A stretch of DNA of 64,000 nucleotides from NCBI GenBank assembly GCA_964016885.1, contig OZ024740.1, forward strand, positions 297,910,001 through 297,974,000. Reading direction: 5' to 3'. The stretch is from Eledone cirrhosa. Taxonomy: Eukaryota. Each line of letters begins with the position of its first letter. Within the stretch, counting starts at the first letter, position 1. The position numbers and the translations under genes are program-made. Positions 44,701 to 59,203 of this stretch are shown one piece after another. A model generated the notes under the pieces. The model saw only the letters and a list, made by a program, of their open reading frames with translations. It was not told the DNA's origin and searched no databases.

Positions 44701-44948
44701 AATTTATACAATGATGGAAATATTTTGTTATCTGTTATATATAAACATATTATGTCAACTATATTTTATAGACAAAATTTATACAATGATGGAAATATTT
44801 TGTTATCTGTTATATATAAACATATTATGTCAACTATATTTTATAGACAGAATTTATACAATGATGGAAATATTTTGTTATCTGTTATATATAAACATAT
44901 TATGTCAACTATAAAATATAGACAGAAGTTATACAATGATGGAAGATA
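41752..44948. repeat. 75-bp tandem satellite, ~43 copies
   Basis: The unit is attatgtcaactatattttatagacagaatttatacaatgatggaaatattttgttatctgttatatataaacat. Four units are 72-bp variants. Confidence 0.97.
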
Positions 44949-45365
44949 TTTTTAAAAAGATAAAAACAAAATTATGTAATGAAAGGAAGTGGGGAATGGT
45001 TAAAGAAGGGCAGATCTGGCTGATGAGGAAAGTAGAGGAAAGGACTATAAATGCCATAAATGAGAGGAAGAGGAAGGAAGGCCATGGAAGAATGGAAGAG
45101 GGTGATAAGCTCTGTGTGTCACGGACAAAACTGTAAAGGCATTTCCGCGGATAATGGCCAGTGACACCTGCTGCAACAGCCACCTCATCTCGCGGGGCTC
45201 CTTCCTCAGACGGCTGGTGACGTTGATTTGCGTAATTCTAAAATGTCCTTAAAATACCATCATAAAAATCTCTAGTATAAATATTGAGTTAATATAGTCA
45301 CATTAATTAATATAGTCACATTGTCAACTTTAGACCTCACTAACAAATCAGTGTCATCAAAGCAA

Positions 45366-45451
<86 letters not shown>

Positions 45452-45572
45452 CCTGCTTTAGTGTTGTAATTTCAACTCAGTAATTTCAACTCGCCATCTT
45501 TTCGCAATGAATTGTAAGTATGTGTGTGCACGTGTATACGTGTGTATGTACGTGTCTGTGCATGTGGAAAAT

Positions 45573-45651
<79 letters not shown>

Positions 45652-45669
45652 GTGTTTGTATCTGTGACG

Positions 45670-45960
45670 TATTGTTCTGTTTCATTGGATTCTACTCAAG
45701 ATATATCTAATTTGGGTCAGCTGCCTTTGGCAGTGAACTACGTGTATATTTTGCCGCCGGGGCCAGATGAAAAATCCGTGAAGTTTGGGGATTTGAAAGG
45801 ACAGAGTATCAAACATACGGCTCAAAGTTTTAATTTATAAAAGAAAAGTGTACTCATATAAAAGATTGCCGTGATCAAAGTTATGACAATGTTCACAATA
45901 TTAACGGTAAGTATAGACGCTTCCACGCACGTATTAAAGAGCTAAAGGATTTTTCAGATT
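45670..45960 (+). pseudogene. Decayed hAT (ZMYM1/Tip100-like) transposase fragment
   Basis: LDSTQDISNLGQL..VNYV and CRDQSYDNVHNINGKY..F.ARIKE resemble the hAT motifs DxTxDxSxxxQL and CRGQxYDxAxNMxG. Confidence 0.6.
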
Positions 45961-45961
45961 A

Positions 45962-46225
45962 CATACAAACAGGTGAAATGGGATTCCTCCGAGGGGTCTT
46001 TGGAATAATATTACTCGATAGGGAGTCGCTCCCAGTAAAGCCGCTACTTCTCTGCGTCGAGAGATCACAGCTCCGGTACTACGCCATGTGGTTATAATGT
46101 CTAAAGAAAGAATCGCAGGTCAGATTTTGACCACGAGGAAGATGGTTGGATAACATACATGAACTCGGTTGGTCTCGCTTAGGGATCCAGCCGGATCAAT
46201 TGGAGATGGTTGCTTCTGATGGGGT
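45962..46225 (+). mobile_element. Decayed RTE (Expander/Rex3-like) 3' fragment
   Basis: IQTGEMGFLR, PLLLCVERSQLRYY and PRGRWLDNI..LGWSRLGI. Confidence 0.6.
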
Positions 46226-46256
46226 CCCGAATTTCATATATATATATATATATATG

Positions 46257-46596
46257 TATAAACAATATTAATAAATGTAAAATTTCTTGACAAAACCATA
46301 TTTATTTTATTATACGTATTTCAAGGGTACTAACATTTTAGTACGCTTTCGTCAGATAAAATATAATATTTGGTGTTAAGATAGTGACATACCTTCATGC
46401 GATCTTAATGGTATAAGCCCACTGAAGATAGTGGCCTTATACCATTAAGATCACATGAAGGTATGCCACTATCTTAACACCAAATATTATATTTTATCTG
46501 ACGAAAGCGTACTAAAATGTTAGTACCCTTGAAATACGTATAATAAAATAAATATGGTTTTGTAAAAATATTTTCCATTTATTAATATTGTTTATA
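46257..46596. mobile_element. 340-bp near-perfect palindrome with a complete HHR in each arm, in (TA)n
   Basis: The centre is cact gaagat agtg at ~46420-46433. Confidence 0.9.
46490..46550 (+). ncRNA. Type I hammerhead ribozyme (mirror copy 46303-46363, minus strand)
   Basis: Reads tattttat-CTGACGA-aagc gtactaa aatg ttagtac cctt-GAAA-TACGTA-TA-ataaaata. Confidence 0.92.
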
Positions 46597-46709
46597 TATA
46601 TATATATTTTTTTAAACGATCGGCTTTCGTCAAATCGGACCGAGGAAACAATGTTTTCGTCGGTCTTTCCAGTTGCTAATACTATCTATCAGTCGCAACT
46701 CCAGGTAGA

Positions 46710-46828
46710 AGGAGCAACGTGAAATAAAGTGTCTTGCTCAAGGACATAACGCATCGCCCGGTCCAGGAATCGAACTCACAATCTCAAGATTGTGAATCCA
46801 ATTCTCTAACCACTCAGCCACACGCCTT
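46710..46828 (-). mobile_element. tRNA-derived CORE-type SINE, 5' part
   Basis: A-box TGGCTGAGTGG and B-box GTTCGATTCC, followed by gtccttgagcaagacac. Confidence 0.75.
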
Positions 46829-46873
46829 CATATATATATATAGAAGTGGTTACACAACAGTTAGTTTACCATA

Positions 46874-46913
46874 CCGAGAACAATTGTTTCACCTTAGCGG
46901 ATCCTCAGCTCGG
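46874..46913 (-). ncRNA. Minimal type I hammerhead in a small inverted pLTR element (46842-47043)
   Basis: Reads ccgag-CTGAGGA-tcc gctaa ggt-GAAA-CAATTG-TT-ctcgg. The plus-strand tail has CTGAGTGCTC at 46998. Confidence 0.8.
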
Positions 46914-47040
46914 AATTGTTGAGTCCTTGAGGGACCATACGTGGCTCGCGAGTTTTGTGGATGAACGTCTGTCCGGGTACCTAACTCGTCCCATGGACTG
47001 AGTGCTCTACCACTACGGATATTACCTTCCAGTGTTCCAC

Positions 47041-47115
<75 letters not shown>

Positions 47116-47999
47116 GAAAGATCAGTGATGCATCTGAACTCAATTTATTGTGTTACAATTGTTTCGCCGGCGGACAGCTCGAGACGCGATCATTGTGTGG
47201 ATCTGCCTGATTCTGGACCCGCAGGTTCGACGGACACGTCTAATGATTTCGGAGCATATTCTTTCACTGGGGTCACTGACCCCGTGGGCCAGTACTGCCA
47301 AAAACTTCATCCTCTTCGCGCGTCCAGTGATTAGCCGCTGGTTGCCTACGTCATCATAAATACTGACCACATATACTGTCGCTTGTCTGCTACACTTCAA
47401 TGAATTACTGCTGTGTTTGGTAGTCCACACATCCACACGTGCACTCACACACACACACATACACACACACACAGAGACAACCACATAGATACCGACAGTC
47501 GTACGCATAGGCTCCTGCTATACCCACACATTAAAGAGAACATATAAACATATAAACATACGCATACATTCATCCAGAGAGGCACGTATATACATAGACA
47601 CATGGCCACAGGCCTATATACATAAACACGCACACACACACATGCTCATACACATGCATACGCGTATGTATACACACACACACACAAACACGTACAGACA
47701 TGTACGTAGACCCCCCCCCCCCCCTGCATCCACGCACACACACATATACACACGTACCCATATATACACGCACAGATACACACTCGCTCGTAAACACGCA
47801 TATATATATATATAAATACACACACACACACAAGCCCTTTCCCTAAAGGGATGCTTGTACACACACACACACACACACACACAGGCCCATATACACTCCT
47901 ACAAATATGCGCATATTCCCATACACATCCATGCATAAAAAATATATATATATAAAAAAAAATATAATAATATTATACATATATATATATATATATATT

Positions 48000-48571
48000 T
48001 CGTTTCTGAATTTGTTTAGCAAGATTCTTTATCTGAAAACGTGTGTTGAAACCGATATTGTTATACTTTGGGAGGGGCATGTTGCAAATAAGAAACACGC
48101 ACCAGTTGCTTTCACTCCAATTTATTATAAATTAAAGAAATTTATAAATTTCCTGTTTGTTGGTTGGTTCCACAACCGGACGGTTGTTCATATATTGTCA
48201 AAGTTCTTTCGTCACACATTCTGTGACCTCTTCAGTGACTGGGGATTCTTTTCTTTGTTTTGTGCCTCTCCTTTGTTCCGTCTTACGCCATTTTGTTCTG
48301 TCCTACGCCATCTTTGTTCTGTCTACGCCAAACAAGATGGCGTAGGACAGAACAAAGGAGAGGCACAAAACAAAGAAAAGAATCCCCAGTCACTGAAGAG
48401 GTCACAGAATGTGTGACTAGTATATGAACAACCGTCCGGTTGTTGAACCAACCAACCGGAAATTTATAAATTTCTTAAATTTATAAATTTAATTTATAAT
48501 AAATTCGAGTGAAAGCAACTGGTGCGTGTGTTTCTTATTGGTAACATGACCCTCCCAAAGTATAACAATAT
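48000..48571. mobile_element. Fold-back HHR element (arms 48055-48571) sharing the tail of the 9640-11380 Penelope
   Basis: Inverted arms end ...cctcccaaagtataacaata. A triple ~20-bp reiteration lies at the centre. Confidence 0.85.
48197..48239 (-). ncRNA. Type I hammerhead ribozyme (the plus-arm copy has lost GAAA and stem III)
   Basis: Reads gtca-CTGAAGA-g gtcaca gaatg tgtgac-GAAA-gaac-TT-tgac. Confidence 0.8.
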
Positions 48572-48653
48572 ATATCTATACATATATATATACACATAAA
48601 CAGAATATACACACAAAGTCATATAAAGATACACAATCGGTGGTACATGAAAG

Positions 48654-48771
<118 letters not shown>

Positions 48772-49199
48772 AAGAGGGAGAGAGAGAAAGAGAGTCAAAC
48801 AGACAGACAGGAAAGAAGGCAGTGACAGACGAAGAGATTTTGAAGGTGTTTACATGTTTACACCATAAAGAGAGTCATGTTACAATGGGGTATTGTACTG
48901 GTAAGTGTACACTGCCTCAAGTAACTTTATCCAGTCCCATATGTACCCATAACATCCGTTGACAATACACAGCTCTGGGGTCAGCTTCGCTGTTACGCTA
49001 TATATTGTCGAGGTAGGCTGGGTCAACAGTTCGTAAAAAACATAAACATTAGAATGAAAATAATAAATTCTTGACGTCATTATCAAAACATTTGTTTAAT
49101 ACAAACATAGGTAAATTAATATATTAATACTTGCATAGGTAAATATATTCATGCATACACACACACACGCGCACACACGCGCACACACACACACACACA

Positions 49200-49337
<138 letters not shown>

Positions 49338-49375
49338 ATTAAATAAATGGAAAACTATATTTATAAAACCATATT

Positions 49376-49441
49376 TATTTCATTATATATATTTCGGGGA
49401 TATCATATTAACAATATGCTATGCCTTCATCAGACAAAATA
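49376..49441 (-). ncRNA. Type I hammerhead in an inverted pLTR element (49335-49610)
   Basis: Reads tattttgt-CTGATGA-aggcatagcatattg tt aatatgatatcccc-GAAA-TATATA-TA-atgaaata. The plus-strand tail is homologous to 29078-29168. Confidence 0.8.
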
Positions 49442-49606
49442 CAATATAAACAGTTTTATAGATAAATATATTCGACATACCGTAATAAACATCAACTTCA
49501 TTTGAAGAGGTTCACTCTAGTAAATATACTCCAAGTATTTGTCGAGTGCTTTTATATCAGTTATAAATATTTACTAGTTGTAACCCAACAATTTTAAATA
49601 TAACTT

Positions 49607-49637
<31 letters not shown>

Positions 49638-49699
49638 TGGTAAAAGGAAAAGAAAATGCTGATAAATTGTTCCCAGTGAAAAATAGTTTAATTAGGAAT

Positions 49700-49886
49700 A
49701 AGTAATTGTCTCTACTTTAGGCACAAGGCCAGCAATTACCCAGTGCATTACTGGTACTTTATTTTATCGACCCCGTAAGGATGAAAGGCAAAGTCAACCT
49801 CGGCGGGATTTGAACTCAGATCGTAAAGGGACGTAACTATGCTGGAAAGCATGGCGTCCGACCCTCTACCGATACTGCCAATCCAA
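49700..49886 (-). mobile_element. tRNA-derived Meta-like SINE
   Basis: A and B boxes and core as in 30070-30260. Confidence 0.8.
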
Positions 49887-50554
49887 AGTATTGGTTAGTA
49901 TTCAGTTTTGGTTTTAAGTTTTTACAGGTTGCGCATTTCTAATGCTTTTCAAAAATAATTTTGAGATAGAGCGCCCGTGATGTTTGCTCTAATCTGATTA
50001 GTTTTGGAAATTCTACCTGTTTTATGTGAAAAAAAGTGGCTCCAGATGTATTAAAATAAGTTTCGCGCCAATTCGTGTTGCAAAAATTCTTGTGGTCAAA
50101 ACAATTTTGATTGGTCGGTAGAGGTCATGTGAATGTTAAAAATTGATTTTGCGCCAAATGTAGGTTTGTCTCGGCTGATTGAGAAGTCACTGAAAAATAA
50201 GTATTTTAAGACAAATATGTGTGTGTGTAGTAGTAGTAAAGAGGTTCATTTGTTGTGATAATGGTCAGTAGGGATGTGTGTGTGAATTGCAGTTTGTTGA
50301 CAGGTCAACAGTTCATACCACAACAAAAATATATCTTTTGACGCATCACCAGTCTGAGGAGCAGATCGATACTGGAGTCTGGTCCATAACCCCTATGGGT
50401 TACTTTGAGAGTAGACTGTATTTAAAATTAAATATAAATATATAACATTATGTAAAATGGATTCAATTATAACACTATATAATGTCTATTAGAGCAAAGA
50501 ATTTAAATAGTGTAATGAGCTAGTTACGCATTAGCTCCCCTTAATTTGTTATCT

Positions 50555-51238
50555 CATATCCACTTCCGATATTAAACCGTTGCAAAATCTCGCTGAATAT
50601 AAATACAATAAGACCGAGTTACAATCCATTACTATAACTAACTAAAAATATTCAATACAAACATTAACTAAAATATAACTTAACATATGTAATGGATGAG
50701 AAATCAATAACTTTCATATTCTCCACATTTGAACTCTACAGAAACTATCTTCGCATTACATCCTCCATAATACACTAACATATTCCCTTAAAGTGCTTGT
50801 ATTTTATGTAATACCTTGCCATACAGTATTCATATATGCCTAATACCTATGCTTGTTTCCTTCTCATATATAAGACTAACGCATGTGCAATCTCTACACG
50901 CTTGAATATGTACTTCTTTCTCAATGCCTCTTTAATTATTAGACTATTCTCTTGTATTATCTGTCGCATGTATTCCACTCTGTGCTTTTAATTTGAATTT
51001 GAATTTGAATTTGAATTATTGTACAATTCTCGTATAATATATGTCGCATCCATTACCCTGTAAATACTAAACTGTTATTCACAATATCAGTATATATGTA
51101 TCTATATGATTGTTCAGTTGAATAGGAGGTTAATTATATGTACAAACATTGATAATGCTCCGATGACGCCAAACTAAAGTTTGGTAGAAACAATTGTCAG
51201 CGCTTAAATGATTTGAACATAACTTCGATACTTGTGTA

Positions 51239-51240
<2 letters not shown>
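50555..51240 (+). mobile_element. pLTR-like element, diverged relative of the 55925-57400 family
   Basis: Shared blocks, e.g. tatctatatgattgttcagttgaataggaggttaatt. It ends at (TA)n. Confidence 0.75.
51157..51201 (+). ncRNA. Type I hammerhead, U4C variant
   Basis: Reads gct-CCGATGA-cg ccaaact aa agtttgg ta-GAAA-CAATTG-TC-agc. Confidence 0.8.
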
Positions 51241-52573
<1,333 letters not shown>

Positions 52574-52575
<2 letters not shown>

Positions 52576-52899
52576 GTATTGAAATTTCGTATTTCAGAAG
52601 AAATAATATGTTTAAAATAAACATTTAGAGAGCCGTAGCTATGCCAAAACACCAGCGACTAACGTCGTCTGGCGGTGTCCAGCATAAGCAATGGGGACAA
52701 TCGTGGATGCGCATTTCGAATTGAACTGGTTCTCATAAACACAATCCGTGCTTCTGCTAGACACCGCCAGGCGGCGTTAGTCGCTGGTGTTTTGGCATAG
52801 CTACGGCTGTCTAAATGTTTATTTTGAACATACCGTATTTCTTCTGAAATACGAAATTCCAATACATATCTGTTTACAACTATGCCTGAAGCTAAATTG

Positions 52900-52905
<6 letters not shown>
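52574..52905. mobile_element. Fold-back element (arms ~52574-52692 / 52749-52867) with a short tail
   Basis: Inverted arms in microsatellite context. No HHR recognised. Confidence 0.75.
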
Positions 52906-52952
<47 letters not shown>

Positions 52953-53140
52953 ATAATAATAAATTTGAAGACTAAAATCCAAAGAGGGCTCGATCGATAA
53001 GGATAAATATAGAGCAAATATATAAGAACCGTAGAGCAAATATTTATTGAAATAACAGATTAAAGTTTAAGCAAAGAATCGCTGCTTTCACCCTTAACGG
53101 GATCTTCTGAAATATATATATTTATATACACACACATATA

Positions 53141-53209
<69 letters not shown>

Positions 53210-53215
<6 letters not shown>

Positions 53216-53561
53216 GTGAGGGTTTTTTTACAAAATGAAAAATAACCGAGGTGTCCTACACGAGTGAAAGTATAAAGAAAAAGAGATGAAATTGAAAATG
53301 CAGCTGGAGTCTTATTTTTAAAAAAATATATATATTTATTTGGTTCCTTTACCGGTTTCGCAGTTCTTCTGCTTTTCAAAAGGTGAGTTGAGATGGAGGG
53401 TCTGTGGTTTTCTCAGATGTAAGAAAAACCACAGACCCTCCATCTCAACTGACCTTTTGAAAAGCAGAAGAACTGCGAAACCGGTAAAGGAACCAAATAA
53501 ATATATATATATTTTTTTTTTAAATAAGACTCCAGTTGCATTTTCGATTTCATCTCTTTTT

Positions 53562-53568
<7 letters not shown>
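53210..53568. mobile_element. ~300-bp palindrome (53271-53568) with a variant HHR in both arms and a tail on the left
   Basis: The centre is at ~53414-53421, and (TA)n lies on both sides. Confidence 0.85.
53453..53490 (+). ncRNA. Type I hammerhead with compensatory U3-A8 core (mirror copy 53346-53383)
   Basis: Reads cctt-TTGAAAA-gcag aagaa ctgc-GAAA-CCGG-TA-aagg. Confidence 0.75.
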
Positions 53569-53630
<62 letters not shown>

Positions 53631-53684
53631 CGTGTGTATGTGTGTGTATGTATATATATATGTGGGTGTGGGTGGGTGTGTAGC

Positions 53685-54405
<721 letters not shown>

Positions 54406-54406
<1 letters not shown>

Positions 54407-55845
54407 TAGCAGAATGGCCCGGTGTTGCTCAGGCTTCTAAACATAGATAGGCATGTTTATCCCTGTTTCTGAAACAGTACGGAGAAGTACGGAATACCTC
54501 GGAATACCTCGGCCTGGGGATGGTGTCTACATTTTTGCTTAGGCAAATAATTTTCCATTAAGATTTTTCAAAAGTATGTAATTGCGTTCCCTCTCTTTTT
54601 TGTTGTTGTTTTTGCTGCTGTTGGTGTGATAGCGGCCGTTGGTCGTACTACTAACAGTCTCATCCTTCTTCAGCCAATCGTGTATATCCCCTTCTGCCTC
54701 GTCTACCTAAACAATGATTGTAGCACCTCCTTGTACACAATGTTCCTTGTTTTTCCGTGTCGGGAATATGCAAAGAGATTTGTCTTGAGCAGCCAACGTA
54801 TAGTTGCCCGTGTGAAAAACATGACGCTTCCAAAAGAAGACCAGCAACAGCTAGGGTCTGACCCTGGGATTTGTTGACAGACATTGCAAAGCTGACACGA
54901 TTCGGCGAATTGTTCGTTGGTTGTCTGTTTAAAGTGCTCTTCTTGTGGCAGTACGTTCAGCATCTTGCGACCGTCGAATAGCAGATTCCGCTGACGATTC
55001 GTTTGCCCGTCTTGTTCTTTTTCTTGCCGCTTTCGCAGTATTTCGGCCAATGGAGTATCTCTTTCTTCGAGGCCTGACCTAAAAGCAGGACGAACTACAC
55101 TAAGACTAACTGGTAGAGTAAGGAGTAAACTCGTCAGTGATGCATGTGATTTCCGAACCGTTGACTATGTAATTGATGGCCTCGTGCCAAAGGTAGTGGG
55201 ACTTTTTGGATGGCATATCGGCAGTAACAATGACGATAAGTCGTCTATACTTTCGTAAAATAAATACGCTTGTTTATATTTTGTGTATGCAAAAATATCT
55301 GTACACGAATATATAATTATATATATATATTAAAATAACAGATTAAAGTTTAAGCAAAGAATCGCTGCTTTCACCCACAACGGGAGCTTCTGAAACTAAA
55401 AAAAATCAATCTGTGAACGCAGAAGTAAATATTTCGAAAAACGTTGCAACCGAAGGAAAACAGGAAGGCGATACTTTGGTTTGTGAAGACGTTCCCTGGC
55501 AATGAACGGAAAATAGCGAAGATAATACGTCAGCAATGAGAACGATTTTTGTCATAATATCATAATGCAGACAGCCAGACATACAGAGATACAGACAGAT
55601 ATTATAAGGGCGCGACGTTATAGCTATGTATCTATCTAAAAAGACATACTAAGAAAGAGAGAGAGATCGCTAACCAGTGCCTAACACGCCTTTAACGACA
55701 GAAAATGGAAAAGATTAAAGCTGCAGTTAATAACTTTAGACCGCAAGAAATATATTAATGCAAGTTTGAAGTCAATCGGAGTAGAAATGTGGATTTGTAT
55801 AGACTTTGAAAAATTAGGACACACACGCACACACAAACAGTTTCA

Positions 55846-55860
<15 letters not shown>
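54406..55860 (-). mobile_element. Internally deleted Helitron: RepHel N-terminus fused to the PIF1 helicase C-terminus
   Basis: FAMSVNKSQGQTL..CFSHGQLYVGCSR..TRNIVYKEVL, plus the basic N-terminal PRRKRYSIGRNT. A 3' hairpin and CTAG lie at 54406-54433 and resemble the 37090-37117 end. The 5' end merges with (TA)n. Confidence 0.85.
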
Positions 55861-55924
<64 letters not shown>

Positions 55925-55928
<4 letters not shown>

Positions 55929-57384
55929 CACAATAATCAAAGCTATGTTCAAATCATGTTATTGCTGACAATCGTTTCTTCCAAACTTTCGTTTGGAACC
56001 GACGGAACACTAGCAATGTTTGTACATATAATTAACCTCCTATTCAACTGAACAATCATATAGATACATGGATATTAATGTTGTCAACAACAGTTTCGTA
56101 TTTACAGAGTGGAATGGATGCGACATAGATTTTAAGAGAATTGTGCAATAATTAAAATAAAAAATTAAAAATTAAAAAGGCACAGAGTTGAATGCATGCG
56201 GCAGAGATTACAAGGGAATAGTATAACAATTAAAGAGGCATTAAGGTAGAAAGTTACTCGTAAAACAAGGAGACTAGCAGTACATATGCAAGCGTACAGA
56301 GAGTGCAAATGCATTAGGCATATACAGGAAGGAAACAGGCAATGGTACTAGGCATATATAATTTCTGCAAAGCAAAGGTATCATATAAAATGACATATGT
56401 TTACAAGCAAATCAGGCAGGCAAAGCTGTTTTTGTATTAAAATTATGGGTTTATGGTGGATTTATAGATCAAACTCACTTCCGAAAATTAAACCGTTAGA
56501 AGTATCACTCCACAGCAACTCGAACCCCGGATAGCAATATAATACGACCGGTTTACAATCCATGGCTGTGACTGATTAAAAACATTCACTAAAATAAAAC
56601 ATGGCTAAGATAAAACATTGCAAAAGATAGCAATAACATTGATACTCTCAGCACATACACATTTGAACATTACAGAAACAACCGTCACACTACATCCACC
56701 ATAAACCCATAATTTTAACACAAAAACAGCTTTGCCTGCCTGCCTGATATGCTTGTTAAATATGTTATTTTATGTGATACCTTTGCCTTGCAGAAATTAT
56801 ATATGCCTAGTACCATTGTTTGTTTCCTTCCTGTATATCCCTAATGCATTTGCACTCTCTGTACGCTTGCATATGTACTGCCAGTCTCCTCGATTTACAA
56901 GTAACTTTCTACCTTAATGCCTCTTTAATTGTTATACTATTCCCTTGTAATGTCTGTCGCATGCATTCCATTCTGTGCCTTTTTAATTTTTAATTTTTAG
57001 TTTTTAATTTTTATTTTTTATTTTAATTATTGTACAATTCGCTTAAAATCTATGTCACATCCATTCCACTCTGTAAATACGAAACTGTTGTTAACAACAT
57101 TAATATCCATGTATCTATATGATTGTTCAGTTGAATAGGAGGTTAATTCTATGTACAAACATTGGTAGTGCTCCGTTGATTCCAAACGAAAGTTTGGAAG
57201 AAAAGATTGTCAGCAATAAAATGATTTGAACATAGCTTGATTATTGTGTAATTTATATTCCGGCTCTGTAAAACATCTCATGTATTTACATTGAGCTCTT
57301 TTTCTTACTAGTAATAAGGTAGTAATAAATTACTGACCTTTCCTGTTTATAGTTGTATATAGTGTATACATAACTATAAATAAT

Positions 57385-57400
<16 letters not shown>
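55925..57400 (+). mobile_element. 1.33-kb fold-back element (arms ~55925-56461 / 56694-57252) with a variant HHR in both arms and a tail
   Basis: 57169-57215 reads tgct-CCGTTGA-ttccaaac gaaa gtttggaa-GAAA-agattg-TC-agca, mirrored at 55963-56009. The tail has TTGAGCT at 57291. Confidence 0.88.
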
Positions 57401-57433
<33 letters not shown>

Positions 57434-57582
57434 TTATTTATATATGTGTGGGTGTGTGTGTGTGTATACATACACACACACACACATATGTACATATATA
57501 GAGGCGGTGGAATTGTTTAATGAATAAATGAATAAATGAAGTAAATTCTAACCTGTTGATTTGTATTTCATTATTATAATTA

Positions 57583-57780
57583 ACGGCGCTGGATTGGCAG
57601 TATCGGTAGAGAGTTGGACGTCATGCTTTCCAGCATAGTTACGTCCCTTTACGGTCTGAGTTCAAATCCCTCCGAGGTTGACTTTGCCTTTCATCCTTAC
57701 GGGGTCGATAAAATAAAGTACCAGTAATGCACTGGATAATTGCTGGCCTTGTGCCTAAAAGTAGAAACAATTATTATAAT
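57583..57780 (+). mobile_element. tRNA-derived Meta-like SINE (duplicate at 61260-61450)
   Basis: A-box TGGCAGTATCGG, B-box GAGTTCAAATCC and the core. Confidence 0.8.
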
Positions 57781-57875
57781 TATTGTCAGGAGTACACAGA
57801 CCTACCTGTATACTTTGTTGAGTGTTCTATTTTGCATACAATGGTGTTGGTTGTTTAACTAACACATAGTATACC

Positions 57876-57949
<74 letters not shown>

Positions 57950-59172
57950 TATACTATGTGTTAGTTGAACAACCGACACCATTGTATGCAAAATAGAACA
58001 CTCACAAATATAAACAATGATTGTAGCACCTCCTTGTACACAATGTTCCTTGTTCTTCCGTGTCGGGCATATGCAAAGAGATTTGTCTTGCTTCCCACTC
58101 TTGAGCAGCCAACGTATAGTTGTCCGTGTGAAAAACATGACGCTTCCAAAAGAAGACCAGCAGCAGCTAGGGTCTGACCCTGGGATTTGTTGACAGACAT
58201 TGCAAAGCTGACATGATTCGGGGAATGGTTCGTTGGTTGTCTGTTTCAAGTGCTCTTCTTGTGGCAGTACGTTCAGCATCTTGCGACCGTCAAATAGCAA
58301 ATTCCGCTGACGATTCGTTTGCCCGCCTTGTTCTTTTTCTTGCCGCTTTCGCAGTATTTCGGCCAATGGGGTATCACTTCCGTCGAGGCCTGACCTAAAA
58401 GCAGGACGAAGTACACTAAGACTAACTGGTAGAGTAAGGAGTAAACTCGTCAGTGATGCATGTGATTTCCGAACCGTTGACTATGTAATTGCTGGCCTTG
58501 TGCCAAAAGTAGTGGGACTTTTGGGATGGCATATCGGCAGTAACAATGACGATAAGTCGTCTGTGCTTTCGTAAAATAAATACGTTTGTTTATATTTTGA
58601 TTTGTGTATGCAAAAATATCTGTACACGAATAAATAATTATATATATATATATTAAAATAACAGATTAAAGTTTAAGCAAAGAATCACTGCTTTCACCCG
58701 TAACGGGAGCTTCTGAAACTAAAAAAAATCAATCTGTGAACGCAGAAGTAAATATTTCGAAAAACGTTGCAACCGAAGGAAAACAGGAAGGCGATATTTT
58801 GGTTTGTGAAGACGTTCCCTGGCAATGAACGGAAAATAGCGAAGATAATACGTCAGCAATGAGAACAATTTTTGTCATAATATCGTAATGCAGACAGCCA
58901 GACATACAGAGATACAGACAGATATTATAAGGGCGCGACGTTATAGCTATGTATCTATCTAAAAAGACATACTAAGAAAGAGAGATAGATCGCTAACCAG
59001 TGCCTAACACGCCTTTAACGACAGAAAATGGAAAAGATTAAAGCTGCAGTTAATAACTTTAGACCGCAAGAAATATATTAATGCAAGTTTGAAGTCAATC
59101 GGAGTAGAAATGTGGATTTGTATAGACTTTGAAAAATTAGGACACAGACGCACACACACACAAACAGTTTCA

Positions 59173-59201
<29 letters not shown>

Positions 59202-59203
<2 letters not shown>

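Noticed and set aside
41752-44948. CRISPR-like regular array
   Set aside because: There are no unique spacers and no cas genes, and the context is eukaryotic.
41528-44955. Long ORFs (892, 326 and 539 aa) with 25-aa repeats
   Set aside because: These are translations of a 75-bp satellite that happens to be stop-free in two frames. The in-frame 3-nt deletions are explained by tattat slippage.
46770-46828. tRNA gene
   Set aside because: A and B boxes are present but there is no complete cloverleaf, and the sequence continues into a SINE core.
48028-48066. HHR-like ctgaaaa..gaaa..tt on the plus strand
   Set aside because: The core is broken without compensation. The sequence is the antisense of a pLTR tail also seen at 11385-11435, where the motif is not kept.
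50348-50375. ccagt-CTGAGGA...actgg hammerhead
   Set aside because: It lacks GAAA and stem III.
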